Assembly: GCA_948868795.1 (NCBI GenBank)
Contig: CAQRDK010000005.1
Span: 12,205 to 76,204 of the forward strand
DNA from: an uncultured Candidatus Saccharibacteria bacterium
Lineage (GTDB): Bacteria > Patescibacteriota > Saccharimonadia > Saccharimonadales > Saccharimonadaceae
Length of the DNA: 64,000 bases
Direction: 5' to 3'
Shown one piece after another: positions 29,780 to 39,278 of this stretch. The notes beneath the pieces are model-generated. The model worked only from the letters and a program-made list of their open reading frames with translations, was not told the origin of the DNA and searched no databases. Numbering within the stretch: the stretch's first letter is position 1; the number at the start of each line of letters is the position of its first letter. Made by a program: the position numbers and the translations under genes.

Positions 29780-30325
29780 TCAAAATGGAATGTCGTCTAA
29801 GTTGATTTCCTCCTCGTCGTCTAAAACATCTAATGCTGCTTCTGGGTCGCTTTTATCTTCATCAGAGTAGCCATCGTCTTTCAGTTCATCTAAGTACTCC
29901 GAGGTCATCGCGTCCTCTTCATTAACGGCTGGTTTCATAATAACTACAGCTTTTAGAGACTGGCTTACTCCATTACCGAATTGCTTATGATGATATTCGT
30001 ATGCTTTGGCAACTAGCGAAATAACTGCTCCCCTATTTAGACCTTCGATAGCGTCCTTACCAGTCATATTGACCACCTTAGTACGATCTGTAAATTTGAA
30101 TTTAAATCGCTCCTCTCCTTCGTATTCGCTGAATTGAGCTACTCCAGCCTGTTCGGCTTTTCCGATTTTATTTTGTTTTACCCATGTTTCGATTTTTGAC
30201 CTTACGACAGGGTCATCAATCACTACCATGATAGATTTACCATACGGGTTGTCATCTTCAAGATTAGCGAATGCCACCTTAAGATTTTTCAGTTTGATAA
30301 TTCTTAGATCTTTTTCCTTGTTCAT
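29780..30325 (-). CDS. Phage-type ssDNA-binding protein (gp2.5/DUF2815-like)
   Basis: Beta-rich core, long acidic tail ending LDDIPF. Confidence 0.65.
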   Translation of the reverse strand: MNKEKDLRIIKLKNLKVAFANLEDDNPYGKSIMVVIDDPVVRSKIETWVKQNKIGKAEQAGVAQFSEYEGEERFKFKFTDRTKVVNMTGKDAIEGLNRGAVISLVAKAYEYHHKQFGNGVSQSLKAVVIMKPAVNEEDAMTSEYLDELKDDGYSDEDKSDPEAALDVLDDEEEINLDDIPF

Positions 30326-30411
30326 TTCCTTTTACCTCGTTTATTGTTCCATATGTTAGCATTGCGCTAGGGTGAACCTCGAATATGATACATATTTTCC
30401 TCCATTGATTT

Positions 30412-31992
30412 TTAACACAAGCTCTTTTGAGTTACTTCTCTCTTAGCCTCGTTAGATTGTCCGTCTTTCCAGTTGGTATCGGTAAGCTCAATCCAACGTT
30501 GACCGTACTTATAATGACCATGTTTAACTTTAATTCCGATACTCTCAAGAGTAGATTTACAACGGTCTAACTGCTTGCCGAGCGTCGCAGGTGAGCGTGG
30601 CCAGTCAGGATGATTTACGAGATAACACCTTGCCGTATCGTCCTCAACACAGTCAGCAAGTCCACTATAACGAAGCCTAATTTCATGAAGTTGCGAAGCA
30701 GTACCTTCCCACGTTCCGGTTTGCGAAGTTAGGAGACGACAGGCCTGAGCGACTAGTGAAGATTCAACCGCAATCTCAGTTTGCCTATCGAGAATGAACT
30801 TATATGCTTCCACGAATTCTTGACCCGTATGGCCATCCATACTCTCACAGATCGCGTAAGACAAAGCATACCAGTCGGCCAACCTCGGCAATTTCTCAAG
30901 CTTTACGGACGGTAAGAGTTTAAGGGCTTTGCTCAGCGTATTATAGATACTTCCTAGTAAGTATGGCTTTAACCTTGCGAATTCAGAATCTAACTCAGAC
31001 TGTGTGCGACGCTTGGTTTCCGAAATACGACTAACCTTTAAGGGCAAGGTCCTATCCAATAGGTCTTCTCTCTGCACCAGTGTCGATGGAATGCCAGTAA
31101 TGATTACTGGGCGACAAACTTGACAGATCCAATCATCATCATCGCTATATAGGGCGCGTTTAGCAAGGCTCGACCCAGTACAGATACGGCATAGCTCGTC
31201 GCTTAATGACAATGAGATATTGCTTAAATTATCAAGCAGTAGTGCGGCATTTTTATTAGCCAGTCTCATTAACTCTTGTCCATTACTGATCACTGGTAGA
31301 CCACTTTCTAATGAAGAACACTCCACGAGGTCGACAATGCGTCTCGCCGTCAAAGTCTTACCGGAGCCGTTGTCGCCGCTGATGCTCAAAAGGGGCTTCG
31401 GAATGTTTGGAATATATAGACTACAGATATATGCCATAACCACTAGCCACTCTCGATCATCCTTAAACTCTGACAAAAGCGGTCGTAATAACTCAATACT
31501 ACAGTCTTCATGTCGCTCAGGTAGGCTTTGCGGCTTTTGATGTCGATGACGGAGAAAAGCAATCGGTACGTCTTGAATTGACCAGCTTTCTGGAGTAATA
31601 CTTATGGCATGCAACCCATCACAAGTATCATAAATGATTTCTAGCGGATTGCCTTGACAATCATCGACTCGACATAGGCGAGTATTTAGCTCATGATATT
31701 CATCGCCCGTTTCCGCTTCGTAAATTAACATCGTGCGGACAATATCAACAATTGCGTCTAACCCTTGAAATCTCTTATATTTCTTGATTAAAAAGTTTCG
31801 TAGCCACCTTTCAAATTCTTTAGATGTTAGTTTAATGACCTGACCTCCAGTTTTGCGGATGGCAATATAAGGTTCTTGTCGCTGATCAATAAACAAAGTG
31901 TTCTGATCTTTAATTTGCTCAACGGCTTCTTCTGCTAAAGTTTTCCCTTTATCTACTTTAGGGTCGCTTTTATTGGCAAGGTTTTCTGCCAT
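30412..31992 (-). CDS. P-loop NTPase, putative SF3 replication helicase
   Basis: Walker A GDNGSGKT, Walker B LLLDN, RALYSD, DLLDR; C-terminal wHTH-like region. Confidence 0.7.
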   Translation of the reverse strand: MAENLANKSDPKVDKGKTLAEEAVEQIKDQNTLFIDQRQEPYIAIRKTGGQVIKLTSKEFERWLRNFLIKKYKRFQGLDAIVDIVRTMLIYEAETGDEYHELNTRLCRVDDCQGNPLEIIYDTCDGLHAISITPESWSIQDVPIAFLRHRHQKPQSLPERHEDCSIELLRPLLSEFKDDREWLVVMAYICSLYIPNIPKPLLSISGDNGSGKTLTARRIVDLVECSSLESGLPVISNGQELMRLANKNAALLLDNLSNISLSLSDELCRICTGSSLAKRALYSDDDDWICQVCRPVIITGIPSTLVQREDLLDRTLPLKVSRISETKRRTQSELDSEFARLKPYLLGSIYNTLSKALKLLPSVKLEKLPRLADWYALSYAICESMDGHTGQEFVEAYKFILDRQTEIAVESSLVAQACRLLTSQTGTWEGTASQLHEIRLRYSGLADCVEDDTARCYLVNHPDWPRSPATLGKQLDRCKSTLESIGIKVKHGHYKYGQRWIELTDTNWKDGQSNEAKREVTQKSLC

Positions 31993-32164
31993 TATGCACC
32001 TCCTTTGTTTGAAGCTCTCGTGAACTTAAGATCTTTGCGGCCGTAAATCTCACTACCGATACGGCACAAGCGTAAAGCTCGTCGTCATTCAAACTTAGAC
32101 CGACGGATGACTTCACAATTTTGCGCAACCGCTTCAGATTTTTGGCATCAAAAACCTTGTCCAC
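31970..32164 (-). CDS. Small hypothetical protein
   Basis: GTG start with AGGAAGG RBS, overlaps the helicase start. Confidence 0.5.
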   Translation of the reverse strand: MDKVFDAKNLKRLRKIVKSSVGLSLNDDELYACAVSVVRFTAAKILSSRELQTKEVHNGRKPCQ

Positions 32165-32287
32165 TGGGGCTTCCTTCCTTTGATTTAGTTTTATATTGTA
32201 GATTCTATTTTCGCTGAACCTACTCCTATTCTAAGTGAAGTAGCCAAAAAACACCCTCCTTGAAACTTATAAAGTTTGAGGAAGGTT

Positions 32288-33316
32288 TTACACCCTTGTT
32301 ATATTAAAAGTTTGGTTCTTGAAAGAAAGCTCAAACTCTTGAACTTTTTGGTCGTTGTTAAAAACCGTTGGTATCTTATATAGCAACGACAAATAGTCTG
32401 GATCTTTTTGTTCTTTCTCTATAAAAGACGCTGTGCTATTTAGAGATCTACCAAAATACAGCACCTCAAGAACATCAGTTTTCATTTCTTCATTAAATTG
32501 AAGAAGCGCATTGTGAAACCAGTCCCTTTCCCATTGTTTTTTGAACTTGGATCTATCTTTCCACACCTCTAAATCAGTATATCCATCCGTCAAAAATGGT
32601 AGTCTATCTATTTTAAAACAATATTCCAAAACGCCTAAAAGTTCATTGGCACTTAGCTTTTTAGCTGTTTGAGTGGCTAAATAGTTTAATATAACATTTC
32701 TTATAGTGAAGATCGTGATTTGCGATGCTCGAGTTTTCTCTGGTTTTACGTGCGCAGTTTTTATATATTTCCAGTTTTGCGATAGATACCACTGCATATC
32801 CTCGAGACTAGTTTCCTCTGAGAAACAAATCATTGGCTGCTTAGATTTTTTAGTTGTAGTAGTTGCGATTTGTAGATTTTTAGCTCTGTCAGGTCTCACT
32901 AGTGTTCCGTATATGTACAGTACGACCGATAGATCCATCCAGTCATAACATGTCAAAAAATATCTTACTAGATGATCTCTATTTTTCTCTATACTGGATA
33001 TAGTGCAAGAATCGAGTAGCCGACGCACGCCCACGATTGGGCGGTCATATTTCGCTCTTACTATCGCGGCATACTGACGGCTAGTCCATGGATAAGGGCT
33101 CAGCGGAACAAAATTAAAATTGTTAGTAGTAAGGTCCATCCCCCATTTTCCTTGACCACATAGATCATTTAAGATGTTTACTACAAGCCTAGTGCAAGAC
33201 GCTAAAAACTCATAGTCGTAGTTTTTTATATACCCAATATGTTCTCCATCATCATAATCGCAAGTATCTTCGTAATCTACATTCATATTAAGAAAATTAC
33301 GAATTGCATCATTCAT
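32288..33316 (-). CDS. Hypothetical protein
   Basis: Long ORF; ATG 33316 lies 7 nt after TATAAT. Confidence 0.65.
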   Translation of the reverse strand: MNDAIRNFLNMNVDYEDTCDYDDGEHIGYIKNYDYEFLASCTRLVVNILNDLCGQGKWGMDLTTNNFNFVPLSPYPWTSRQYAAIVRAKYDRPIVGVRRLLDSCTISSIEKNRDHLVRYFLTCYDWMDLSVVLYIYGTLVRPDRAKNLQIATTTTKKSKQPMICFSEETSLEDMQWYLSQNWKYIKTAHVKPEKTRASQITIFTIRNVILNYLATQTAKKLSANELLGVLEYCFKIDRLPFLTDGYTDLEVWKDRSKFKKQWERDWFHNALLQFNEEMKTDVLEVLYFGRSLNSTASFIEKEQKDPDYLSLLYKIPTVFNNDQKVQEFELSFKNQTFNITRV

Positions 33317-33378
33317 AATATATATTATACTTACCACCTCTGTTATTGTCAAACCCCCACCCCTGTCGCGAATAGGTA

Positions 33379-33407
33379 TTCACATTTGAAGTAATATGTG
33401 GTATAAT
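33379..33407 (+). promoter_or_regulatory. Sigma70 promoter
   Basis: TTCACA-17 nt-(TG)TATAAT. Confidence 0.7.
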
Positions 33408-33413
33408 AAGGGT

Positions 33414-33548
33414 GCTTAAATCTTAACGAATCGGACAACGTCAACGAAAGTTGATTAGTTCCAAGCGGAAATGCGGCTATGTACGCAAGTCTGTTCTTGG
33501 AACTAGATTTGTTAAGGTTTAAGCGACTAGTACATAGTCGCATTTTTG
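33414..33548 (+). ncRNA. Candidate structured leader RNA (nested stems, pseudoknot, terminator)
   Basis: 33414-33432 pairs 33506-33524 (19 bp); GAAA hairpin 33440-33455; 33456-33465 pairs 33496-33505; loop 33469-33484 pairs 33530-33545; G-U pairs fit the + strand. Confidence 0.75.
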
Positions 33549-33579
33549 TTATCAGAGCGGCTAAGAAAGGGCATTCAAA

Positions 33580-34470
33580 ATGAGCATTATCAAATTCACC
33601 GACCTACTGCATTTATCGAACAATGACATGAGCAATCTTAAACTCGTGTTTAATAGTAATTGGCAATATGACGCAGAAAACCAAGTACCAGAGGTCAAGG
33701 CAAAACTCGGCGATCAGTCGAGGTATTTTGATTTGCTTGCTATGTACCGTGTTGGTGAAGTAGCCGTAGTTCAGGAGTCGGTCAAAACTCATAACCCTGA
33801 TGGTCATAAGCGGTTTAAGAATGGTGAGATTGTTTTTTGCTTCATACCTTATTCTACCGATAAGGACTGGCTGCTAGTGAATGCGTATAAAGTACTGGAC
33901 AATAGCAAGTTCCTGATTGAAGCTGATGAGGAGTGTATGACTGAATATAAGCCATTTTTCGGTAGGCTAGTAGTTCACTTTGAAGATAAAGGCAGAAATG
34001 TTACGGTGCGGAAAGAAGATATTATCGATACCATAAGTGTTAAAACCATCCTCGAGCACCCCTACAATGAACTTGGTGAAGATTTTCCGGGTTATGAAAA
34101 CGTTGATTTATCATGGAATGATTTGCGTAGAGTTTTAAAGTTCAAGAACTGGCAGACGGCTTTAGAGAACCAAAAAGCAGTTTATCTGATTACCGATACC
34201 GCTACAAATAAGCGTTATGTCGGCTCGGCTTACAGCGATAATATGCTACTGGGTAGATGGCGAAATTACGCCGAGAATGGACATGGTGGCAATAAGGAGC
34301 TGAAAGCCTTAGTTGAGGAGCGAGGTTTAGATTATGTAAAAGATAACTTCCGATACTCAATTCTTGATATTTATAAATCTACTACTGATGACGAAACGAT
34401 TATCGCGAGGGAGTCTTGGTGGAAGGAAATACTATTAACTCGTGGAGATTACGGCTATAACGCAAATTAG
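33580..34470 (+). CDS. GIY-YIG nuclease family protein
   Basis: AVYLITD...RYVGSA, GRW..Y, HGGN, RESWWK, YN in C-terminal half. Confidence 0.85.
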   Translation: MSIIKFTDLLHLSNNDMSNLKLVFNSNWQYDAENQVPEVKAKLGDQSRYFDLLAMYRVGEVAVVQESVKTHNPDGHKRFKNGEIVFCFIPYSTDKDWLLVNAYKVLDNSKFLIEADEECMTEYKPFFGRLVVHFEDKGRNVTVRKEDIIDTISVKTILEHPYNELGEDFPGYENVDLSWNDLRRVLKFKNWQTALENQKAVYLITDTATNKRYVGSAYSDNMLLGRWRNYAENGHGGNKELKALVEERGLDYVKDNFRYSILDIYKSTTDDETIIARESWWKEILLTRGDYGYNAN

Positions 34471-34523
34471 TCTTTATATTTTGCGAGAAAAGTCCCATAA
34501 TTTAAGCCGAGGAGCATGAATAT

Positions 34524-35285
34524 ATGATAAGTTTAACTTCAATAATAACCGCCATTAGGGGAGCGAGCCTTGCCACCAAAATAGGATTAGGTGTTGGCGC
34601 TGTTGCTGTCGTGGCTGGCGGTACTGCTGGCACTGTGGCAATTATAAATAATACCAACAGGACACCGGAAACACAGCAAATAACGTCCGAATTACAAAAT
34701 GACGACAACTCCTCGTCCGGGCAAAACAATACGCAAGTTGGAGAAACTGGAGAGCCTGAAGATGATGAAGAAAAGGACGACCAGCCGACAAACGAAGTTA
34801 AGCCGAATAACACTACAAGTACCAACGATAACTCACAAACTACTACACCGAAACCGAACAATAATGCTTCTAATCAGTCTAGTTCCAATAATTCTTCCAC
34901 TTCTAAACCAAGCACTCCAGCCCAAACCCAACCATCGCAACCAAGTCAACCCGCTCAGCCTAGTCAGCCATCACAACCCGCTCAGCCTAGTCAGCCATCT
35001 CAGCCAACCAAAAAGCCCGACTATAATTTGAATGACAACTACGTGATTGCTTATTGTTTTGCGGCAATTGGCGGAAGCACTAGTAATTTTTATGCCGTAA
35101 ATAAAAATTCTGAAACAGCTACAAATTCCTGTGTCGCCAAGATGATAAGTAGTGCGCGTAATCATAGTGAATATTCAAATATGTCCGATGACGATATTTT
35201 TGCGGAGATAGGTGGAGGCGGATATAGTGGCCAGCTAACTGAAGCTGAGTGTTCCAAGAATGGGTTAAGTTGTGGGAGATGGTAA
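34524..35285 (+). CDS. Membrane-anchored low-complexity protein with QPS repeats and Cys-containing C-terminus
   Basis: N-terminal hydrophobic anchor, N/T/S-rich stalk. Confidence 0.7.
   Translation: MISLTSIITAIRGASLATKIGLGVGAVAVVAGGTAGTVAIINNTNRTPETQQITSELQNDDNSSSGQNNTQVGETGEPEDDEEKDDQPTNEVKPNNTTSTNDNSQTTTPKPNNNASNQSSSNNSSTSKPSTPAQTQPSQPSQPAQPSQPSQPAQPSQPSQPTKKPDYNLNDNYVIAYCFAAIGGSTSNFYAVNKNSETATNSCVAKMISSARNHSEYSNMSDDDIFAEIGGGGYSGQLTEAECSKNGLSCGRW
34947..35000 (+). repeat. 27-bp coding tandem repeat (x2) within QPS tract
   Basis: CAACCCGCTCAGCCTAGTCAGCCATC(A/T) twice. Confidence 0.8.
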
Positions 35286-35299
35286 AATACTAGAGAGCT

Positions 35300-35719
35300 A
35301 TGATGAAAAATAACACAACCAGTTTAAGCAAAATTGAGAAAAACTTTAGGGAGCTAATTGTTAAGCAGTGCGAGTTTTGTAAGTTTGATAAGTATTTGGA
35401 AGAGAATCCTGATTTTGAGTTCCCGAAGATTGCGGAAGACTTATTACGGTCTAACGCTCAAAACTTTATAGCTGTTCCAGGCATGTTTGGCGGTTTTACA
35501 TATTATCTCGAAGAAGCAGATAACAAGCTAACATTGTATATGGAACAGTCTAGTCGCATGGACTACGACAGTGATAGCTATATGTATTTTGAGATTACCG
35601 AAAACGGAAGCAGAATGCTTAAGGGTGAGGAGCGAGGTGCTGTACGGAGAAAGTTTTGGGAGTTAGCGAAGAAAGCTCATGAAGAGCATAAAAATGGAGA
35701 AAATGAGAGGCGAGCATGA
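35300..35719 (+). CDS. Hypothetical protein
   Basis: 139-aa ORF, FIAVPGMFGGF motif, in operon. Confidence 0.6.
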   Translation: MMKNNTTSLSKIEKNFRELIVKQCEFCKFDKYLEENPDFEFPKIAEDLLRSNAQNFIAVPGMFGGFTYYLEEADNKLTLYMEQSSRMDYDSDSYMYFEITENGSRMLKGEERGAVRRKFWELAKKAHEEHKNGENERRA

Positions 35720-35916
35720 ACCCAGCGAGCGAGAATAGCGTTACGATTATGAAATACAAATCTCCGGACGGAGTGTATGATTTTAAGTGTCTTGATAAGT
35801 GGAATGTGGCGGACGAAGTGGAGCGGCTGGACGCTATGATTAAGGAAAAACAAAAATTAGAGGCTGAGGGCTACGTTGTTTTATGGATTAAGACGTTGCC
35901 AATTTTTGATTTATAG
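35716..35916 (+). CDS. Small hypothetical protein (paralog of 36709-36918)
   Basis: ATGA overlap; SVTIMKYKSPDGVYDF. Confidence 0.55.
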   Translation: MNPASENSVTIMKYKSPDGVYDFKCLDKWNVADEVERLDAMIKEKQKLEAEGYVVLWIKTLPIFDL

Positions 35917-36567
35917 CAGCACTTTAGACACTATTTTGTAGTATTTTTCGCCTATATCAGATAGTGTCATGCTCTGACGTATGCCTAGTGCATCTTCTAC
36001 AATTGCGGGCGCAGTAGAGCTTTTTACTAAGCCAAGAGCAACCAATCTGTCAGCCCCATAAGATAAGAAAGAGAGATAATTAGGCGCTTGCTGATATATA
36101 GTGTCTAAATCGTAAATGTCGTCTACAAAAAACATTCTTGTTATCTCCGAGAACTCACAAAAAGTTTTCCAATCTATGTTTTCATTTATATATTCTTGGA
36201 ATATCGCCGCTAAGATTTTGCTTTTAGACAACTCTATATTTTGATTTAGAATAATCAGTACTCTGCCAAGCTCAGCTTCGGCTTTTTTGGGATTTTCATC
36301 AATTATCTTTTTATACTTCTCTTTCTTCTTCTCGTCCAGTTGTCCATTATTTAACTCTTTTACGAAGGCTAGTGTTTGACGCAGCAAATTCCTATCATGG
36401 AGATTCTGAGCTACGTTTTTCACTCCTACTAGCGTACTCATGAGTGGAAAATCTTTTAAAACGCCTTCATCTAGGATACTATCAATGCCAAACTCGGCAA
36501 TGTCCGGAATGCTGTCGGCTATATTGGAAAATAAACTATTTTGAAACTGTGGAACAATTTTATTCAT
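35911..36567 (-). CDS. Hypothetical protein
   Basis: ATG 6 nt after TATAAT; helical, C-terminal wHTH-like TLSDIG. Confidence 0.65.
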   Translation of the reverse strand: MNKIVPQFQNSLFSNIADSIPDIAEFGIDSILDEGVLKDFPLMSTLVGVKNVAQNLHDRNLLRQTLAFVKELNNGQLDEKKKEKYKKIIDENPKKAEAELGRVLIILNQNIELSKSKILAAIFQEYINENIDWKTFCEFSEITRMFFVDDIYDLDTIYQQAPNYLSFLSYGADRLVALGLVKSSTAPAIVEDALGIRQSMTLSDIGEKYYKIVSKVLL

Positions 36568-36708
36568 ATTGATATTATACAACGCCACCTCGGCTAAACG
36601 GTAGATAGCGGAAAAGTTTTAAGTAGGTTATTGGCTCCTAGGTGTTAGGTTTGGGAGCTGATTTTTTCATTTACTTTTTTGACATTTAAGTCAATAATTG
36701 GTCTTATT

Positions 36709-36918
36709 ATGAAACAATCGCCAAGTTCCATTACGGTTATGAAGTATTTAGGCGCAGATGGAGAGTACCACTTTGTAATAGTTGATGACTTAAAGTTTCC
36801 AAGCCTTGAAGATAGGTTGAACTTTTTGAGTAAAGTAGAATATAATCTTTGGGCGAATGGTGAGATCATTGAGCATATATGGACGAGAACGTCTAGTAGT
36901 TGTGAGGTAATATCTTAA
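36709..36918 (+). CDS. Small hypothetical protein (paralog of 35716-35916)
   Basis: SITVMKYLGADGEYHF. Confidence 0.55.
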   Translation: MKQSPSSITVMKYLGADGEYHFVIVDDLKFPSLEDRLNFLSKVEYNLWANGEIIEHIWTRTSSSCEVIS

Positions 36919-37149
36919 ATGATTGTCAGCAAAGATTGGAAGCCAAACTTCTATAAGTATGAGAAGGTCCGCCGAAGCGGCAGATATAATATGATTATGG
37001 AGGCTAGGCAAGCGATTAAAGCTTGTGACATTAGTAGCCGAGAATATCGAGATATATTACTTAACTATAACGTTTACAAAAGGTATGTTGAGGCGAAATA
37101 TGGCACGATTGATAACTTTATGAGAAAGCATAAAAAATGCGACTACTAG
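36919..37149 (+). CDS. DUF5049-like small protein
   Basis: VRRSGRYNM motif. Confidence 0.55.
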   Translation: MIVSKDWKPNFYKYEKVRRSGRYNMIMEARQAIKACDISSREYRDILLNYNVYKRYVEAKYGTIDNFMRKHKKCDY

Positions 37150-37436
37150 ATTACGAGTGCCAGACTACATTTTGGGAAGACTTTAGCATGGCGGAACGTT
37201 TTGGGACGGAAGCAATTGAAGATACTTATAAGCGAGCCGAGTCGGAATGGAAGAACGACAGGGTTTACGGAACGGAACTCTCAATGGTACTTAACCATAA
37301 ATGTTGGTATTGGTACGAAAAACAGAACGAAACACTTAGTAGGTTATATGCTGAACTTTGGGAAGAATGGCATGAGTGGGTGTTAGACAACTGGAAGAGC
37401 GAAGATTTGACTTATTATTTGAGGGTTACGGATTAG
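37137..37436 (+). CDS. Trp-rich phage-type hypothetical protein
   Basis: TTFWEDFSMAERFG...ELSMVLNHK; degenerate copy at ~39510-39790. Confidence 0.65.
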   Translation: MRLLDYECQTTFWEDFSMAERFGTEAIEDTYKRAESEWKNDRVYGTELSMVLNHKCWYWYEKQNETLSRLYAELWEEWHEWVLDNWKSEDLTYYLRVTD

Positions 37437-37438
37437 CT

Positions 37439-38773
37439 TCATTCATCTTCCCTACGATGTTTACCTAATTTTCTATCATGCTCTAATTCACCTAAGTTCT
37501 TTGAGAAATATGTAGCACTGCTCAATAAAGCAAGCTTTTGCAATAATGCTTCGTCGCTCACTTTGCCGCTTATGACGTTGCATAACTTACGCACAAGTTC
37601 TCCGGAATGATAAATTGCATTAAGTGATTCAATCCCAGACAAATCATTAGTCAAAAACCTGTGAGTAAGATCGTTACGAGGATTACGGCAATATTTCACC
37701 CAGTCATTAAAGCCGATGTCATTGCGCAGTTTTGTAACACTTTTATAGTTTAATAGTTCGCACAGACTTTCCCAAAGGTCGGACATTTTTTTCATTTTAG
37801 CATATTTTTCGTGCGCTTTTTCTAATTCCTCACCTTCCGAAGCACAAAGCTCGCAATACAGATAGCCAATAGATAGTTCTACGAAATTATCAGCCAGTAC
37901 TACCGCCTCATTGTTACGGCCAAAACAACGCATATTTATAGCCTCGTTAAATTTGGATACCAGTTGAAATACTTTGTCATCGGTAAAAGTTTGATTTACA
38001 TGCGCCCCTCTAAACTGCGTCAGTTCTTCGTCTTCGAGTGGACGAGCATTAAAAATTTCGCTAATTGGATTTTTATGAAATGTAATAGTTTCTCTTTTTA
38101 ATATACGTTTCGTTAGCCTATCAAAGACATTCATATTAATCGTTCCGGGAGAAGACTGAACGGTCAAGCTATGCATGTAGTGATTATGTCTTGTAGGGAT
38201 TGATTGGAAGCCAACGATAACGCGATTAGCGAGCATAATAGCATACTCGTATAACTTAATTAAACCAGAAAACGTGCACAGCTTTGAACTTCTTGCAGCT
38301 TCATTGCTGCATACTGATACGACAAAATAAGTTATTTTTATAAACGCAGTTCCCATTGGCAAGATTTTCGAAATAGCCGTGACACAAGACGCCTCAGTAA
38401 CCTTACCACCTTTACTTCGGATTGACATGGAATTATAGCCCTCTGGTAGTGGCACATAGAAGTCTAAAGGTATCAAAAACGTAACGACTTTGTCTGGCAC
38501 ATCTAACGTTTGTCGTAATTCGTTCGATCTCTTCAGTAATTCATCACTGAAATAGTCTGTCAGTCGCCGAAACATCATCCCGAAATGTTCGTCATGTGAA
38601 ATATCATGGCGAGTTAGAGCTTCAGCTAAGGTTGGCGCTGGCATAGAATTCTTACCTTCAGAATATTCTTTACAAAGTTCTTCAAAGACTTGCTCTTCAG
38701 CCTTCTTTTTCTGATTTTCTTGCCTATTTTTCCTTTTACGGATCACCTCTTTATGGTTTCTCTTCTTAAGCAT
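37439..38773 (-). CDS. Hypothetical protein with putative C-terminal HEPN domain
   Basis: RNDLTH (Rx4H) in a helical C-terminal region preceded by an ADNFVE acidic helix. Confidence 0.55.
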   Translation of the reverse strand: MLKKRNHKEVIRKRKNRQENQKKKAEEQVFEELCKEYSEGKNSMPAPTLAEALTRHDISHDEHFGMMFRRLTDYFSDELLKRSNELRQTLDVPDKVVTFLIPLDFYVPLPEGYNSMSIRSKGGKVTEASCVTAISKILPMGTAFIKITYFVVSVCSNEAARSSKLCTFSGLIKLYEYAIMLANRVIVGFQSIPTRHNHYMHSLTVQSSPGTINMNVFDRLTKRILKRETITFHKNPISEIFNARPLEDEELTQFRGAHVNQTFTDDKVFQLVSKFNEAINMRCFGRNNEAVVLADNFVELSIGYLYCELCASEGEELEKAHEKYAKMKKMSDLWESLCELLNYKSVTKLRNDIGFNDWVKYCRNPRNDLTHRFLTNDLSGIESLNAIYHSGELVRKLCNVISGKVSDEALLQKLALLSSATYFSKNLGELEHDRKLGKHRREDE

Positions 38774-38847
38774 CTATACATTCCTCTAATATATCTATTA
38801 TACCATTTTTTTCCTCTAGAAATTTTGTTAACCCCTGCTTTACAAAG

Positions 38848-38855
38848 CCCGACCA
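38848..38855 (+). repeat. att core copy 2 (attR of element 1 / left end of element 2)
   Basis: CCCGACCA; minus strand reads WSG in a recombinase-like frame. Confidence 0.8.
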
Positions 38856-39046
38856 CACAGAATATAAAGCCTGTTTTCGACTGTTTTGCCCCTGTAAAAT
38901 TGTGTTCTGCCCCTTAGCAAGTTCAGGGGCTAATTTTTTGACGTTTTTACGATTTTTTCGAGCCAAGGATACGGTTCTACCTCTATAATTTTCCGCGTTA
39001 TGGCCATTAATTTACCGCCACGTAACTCTTCTTGCTCTGTTAGTAT
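38856..39046 (-). pseudogene. Frameshifted serine recombinase 3' fragment
   Basis: RKIIEVEPYPWL...ILQGQNSRKQALYSVWSG versus TKVIEVKPYPWV...ILQGSNSLKSHLYKLWSG in the intact copy. Confidence 0.8.
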
Positions 39047-39278
39047 GACTTACTACAAAATAGCTAGAGCCAATGGTGACTTTTATGCAGTGGCTAGCAT
39101 TGCGAAAATTTACGAGAAAAAATACTTGAGCTTGTGAGTTTCGGACGCTGGAGTACGTTCTACAACGCTTAGGACGTATTTTTTGTTTGGCTTAATTCCG
39201 AACCTTAGATGCTTGTAAAAAGAAATCGATAGTGTTTACTCTTGCTTTGAATGCATGCTATAATATATTTATATATGC

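Larger units (their letters stand above)
27877..38855. mobile_element. ~11 kb integrative element at tRNA-Pro(TGG)
   Basis: Bounded by CCCGACCA cores; recombinase, SSB-like and helicase-like genes; visibly more AT-rich than flanks. Confidence 0.85.

Noticed and set aside
27877..38855. Prophage or conjugative element
   Set aside because: No capsid, terminase, tail, relaxase or T4SS genes recognised; called only an integrative element
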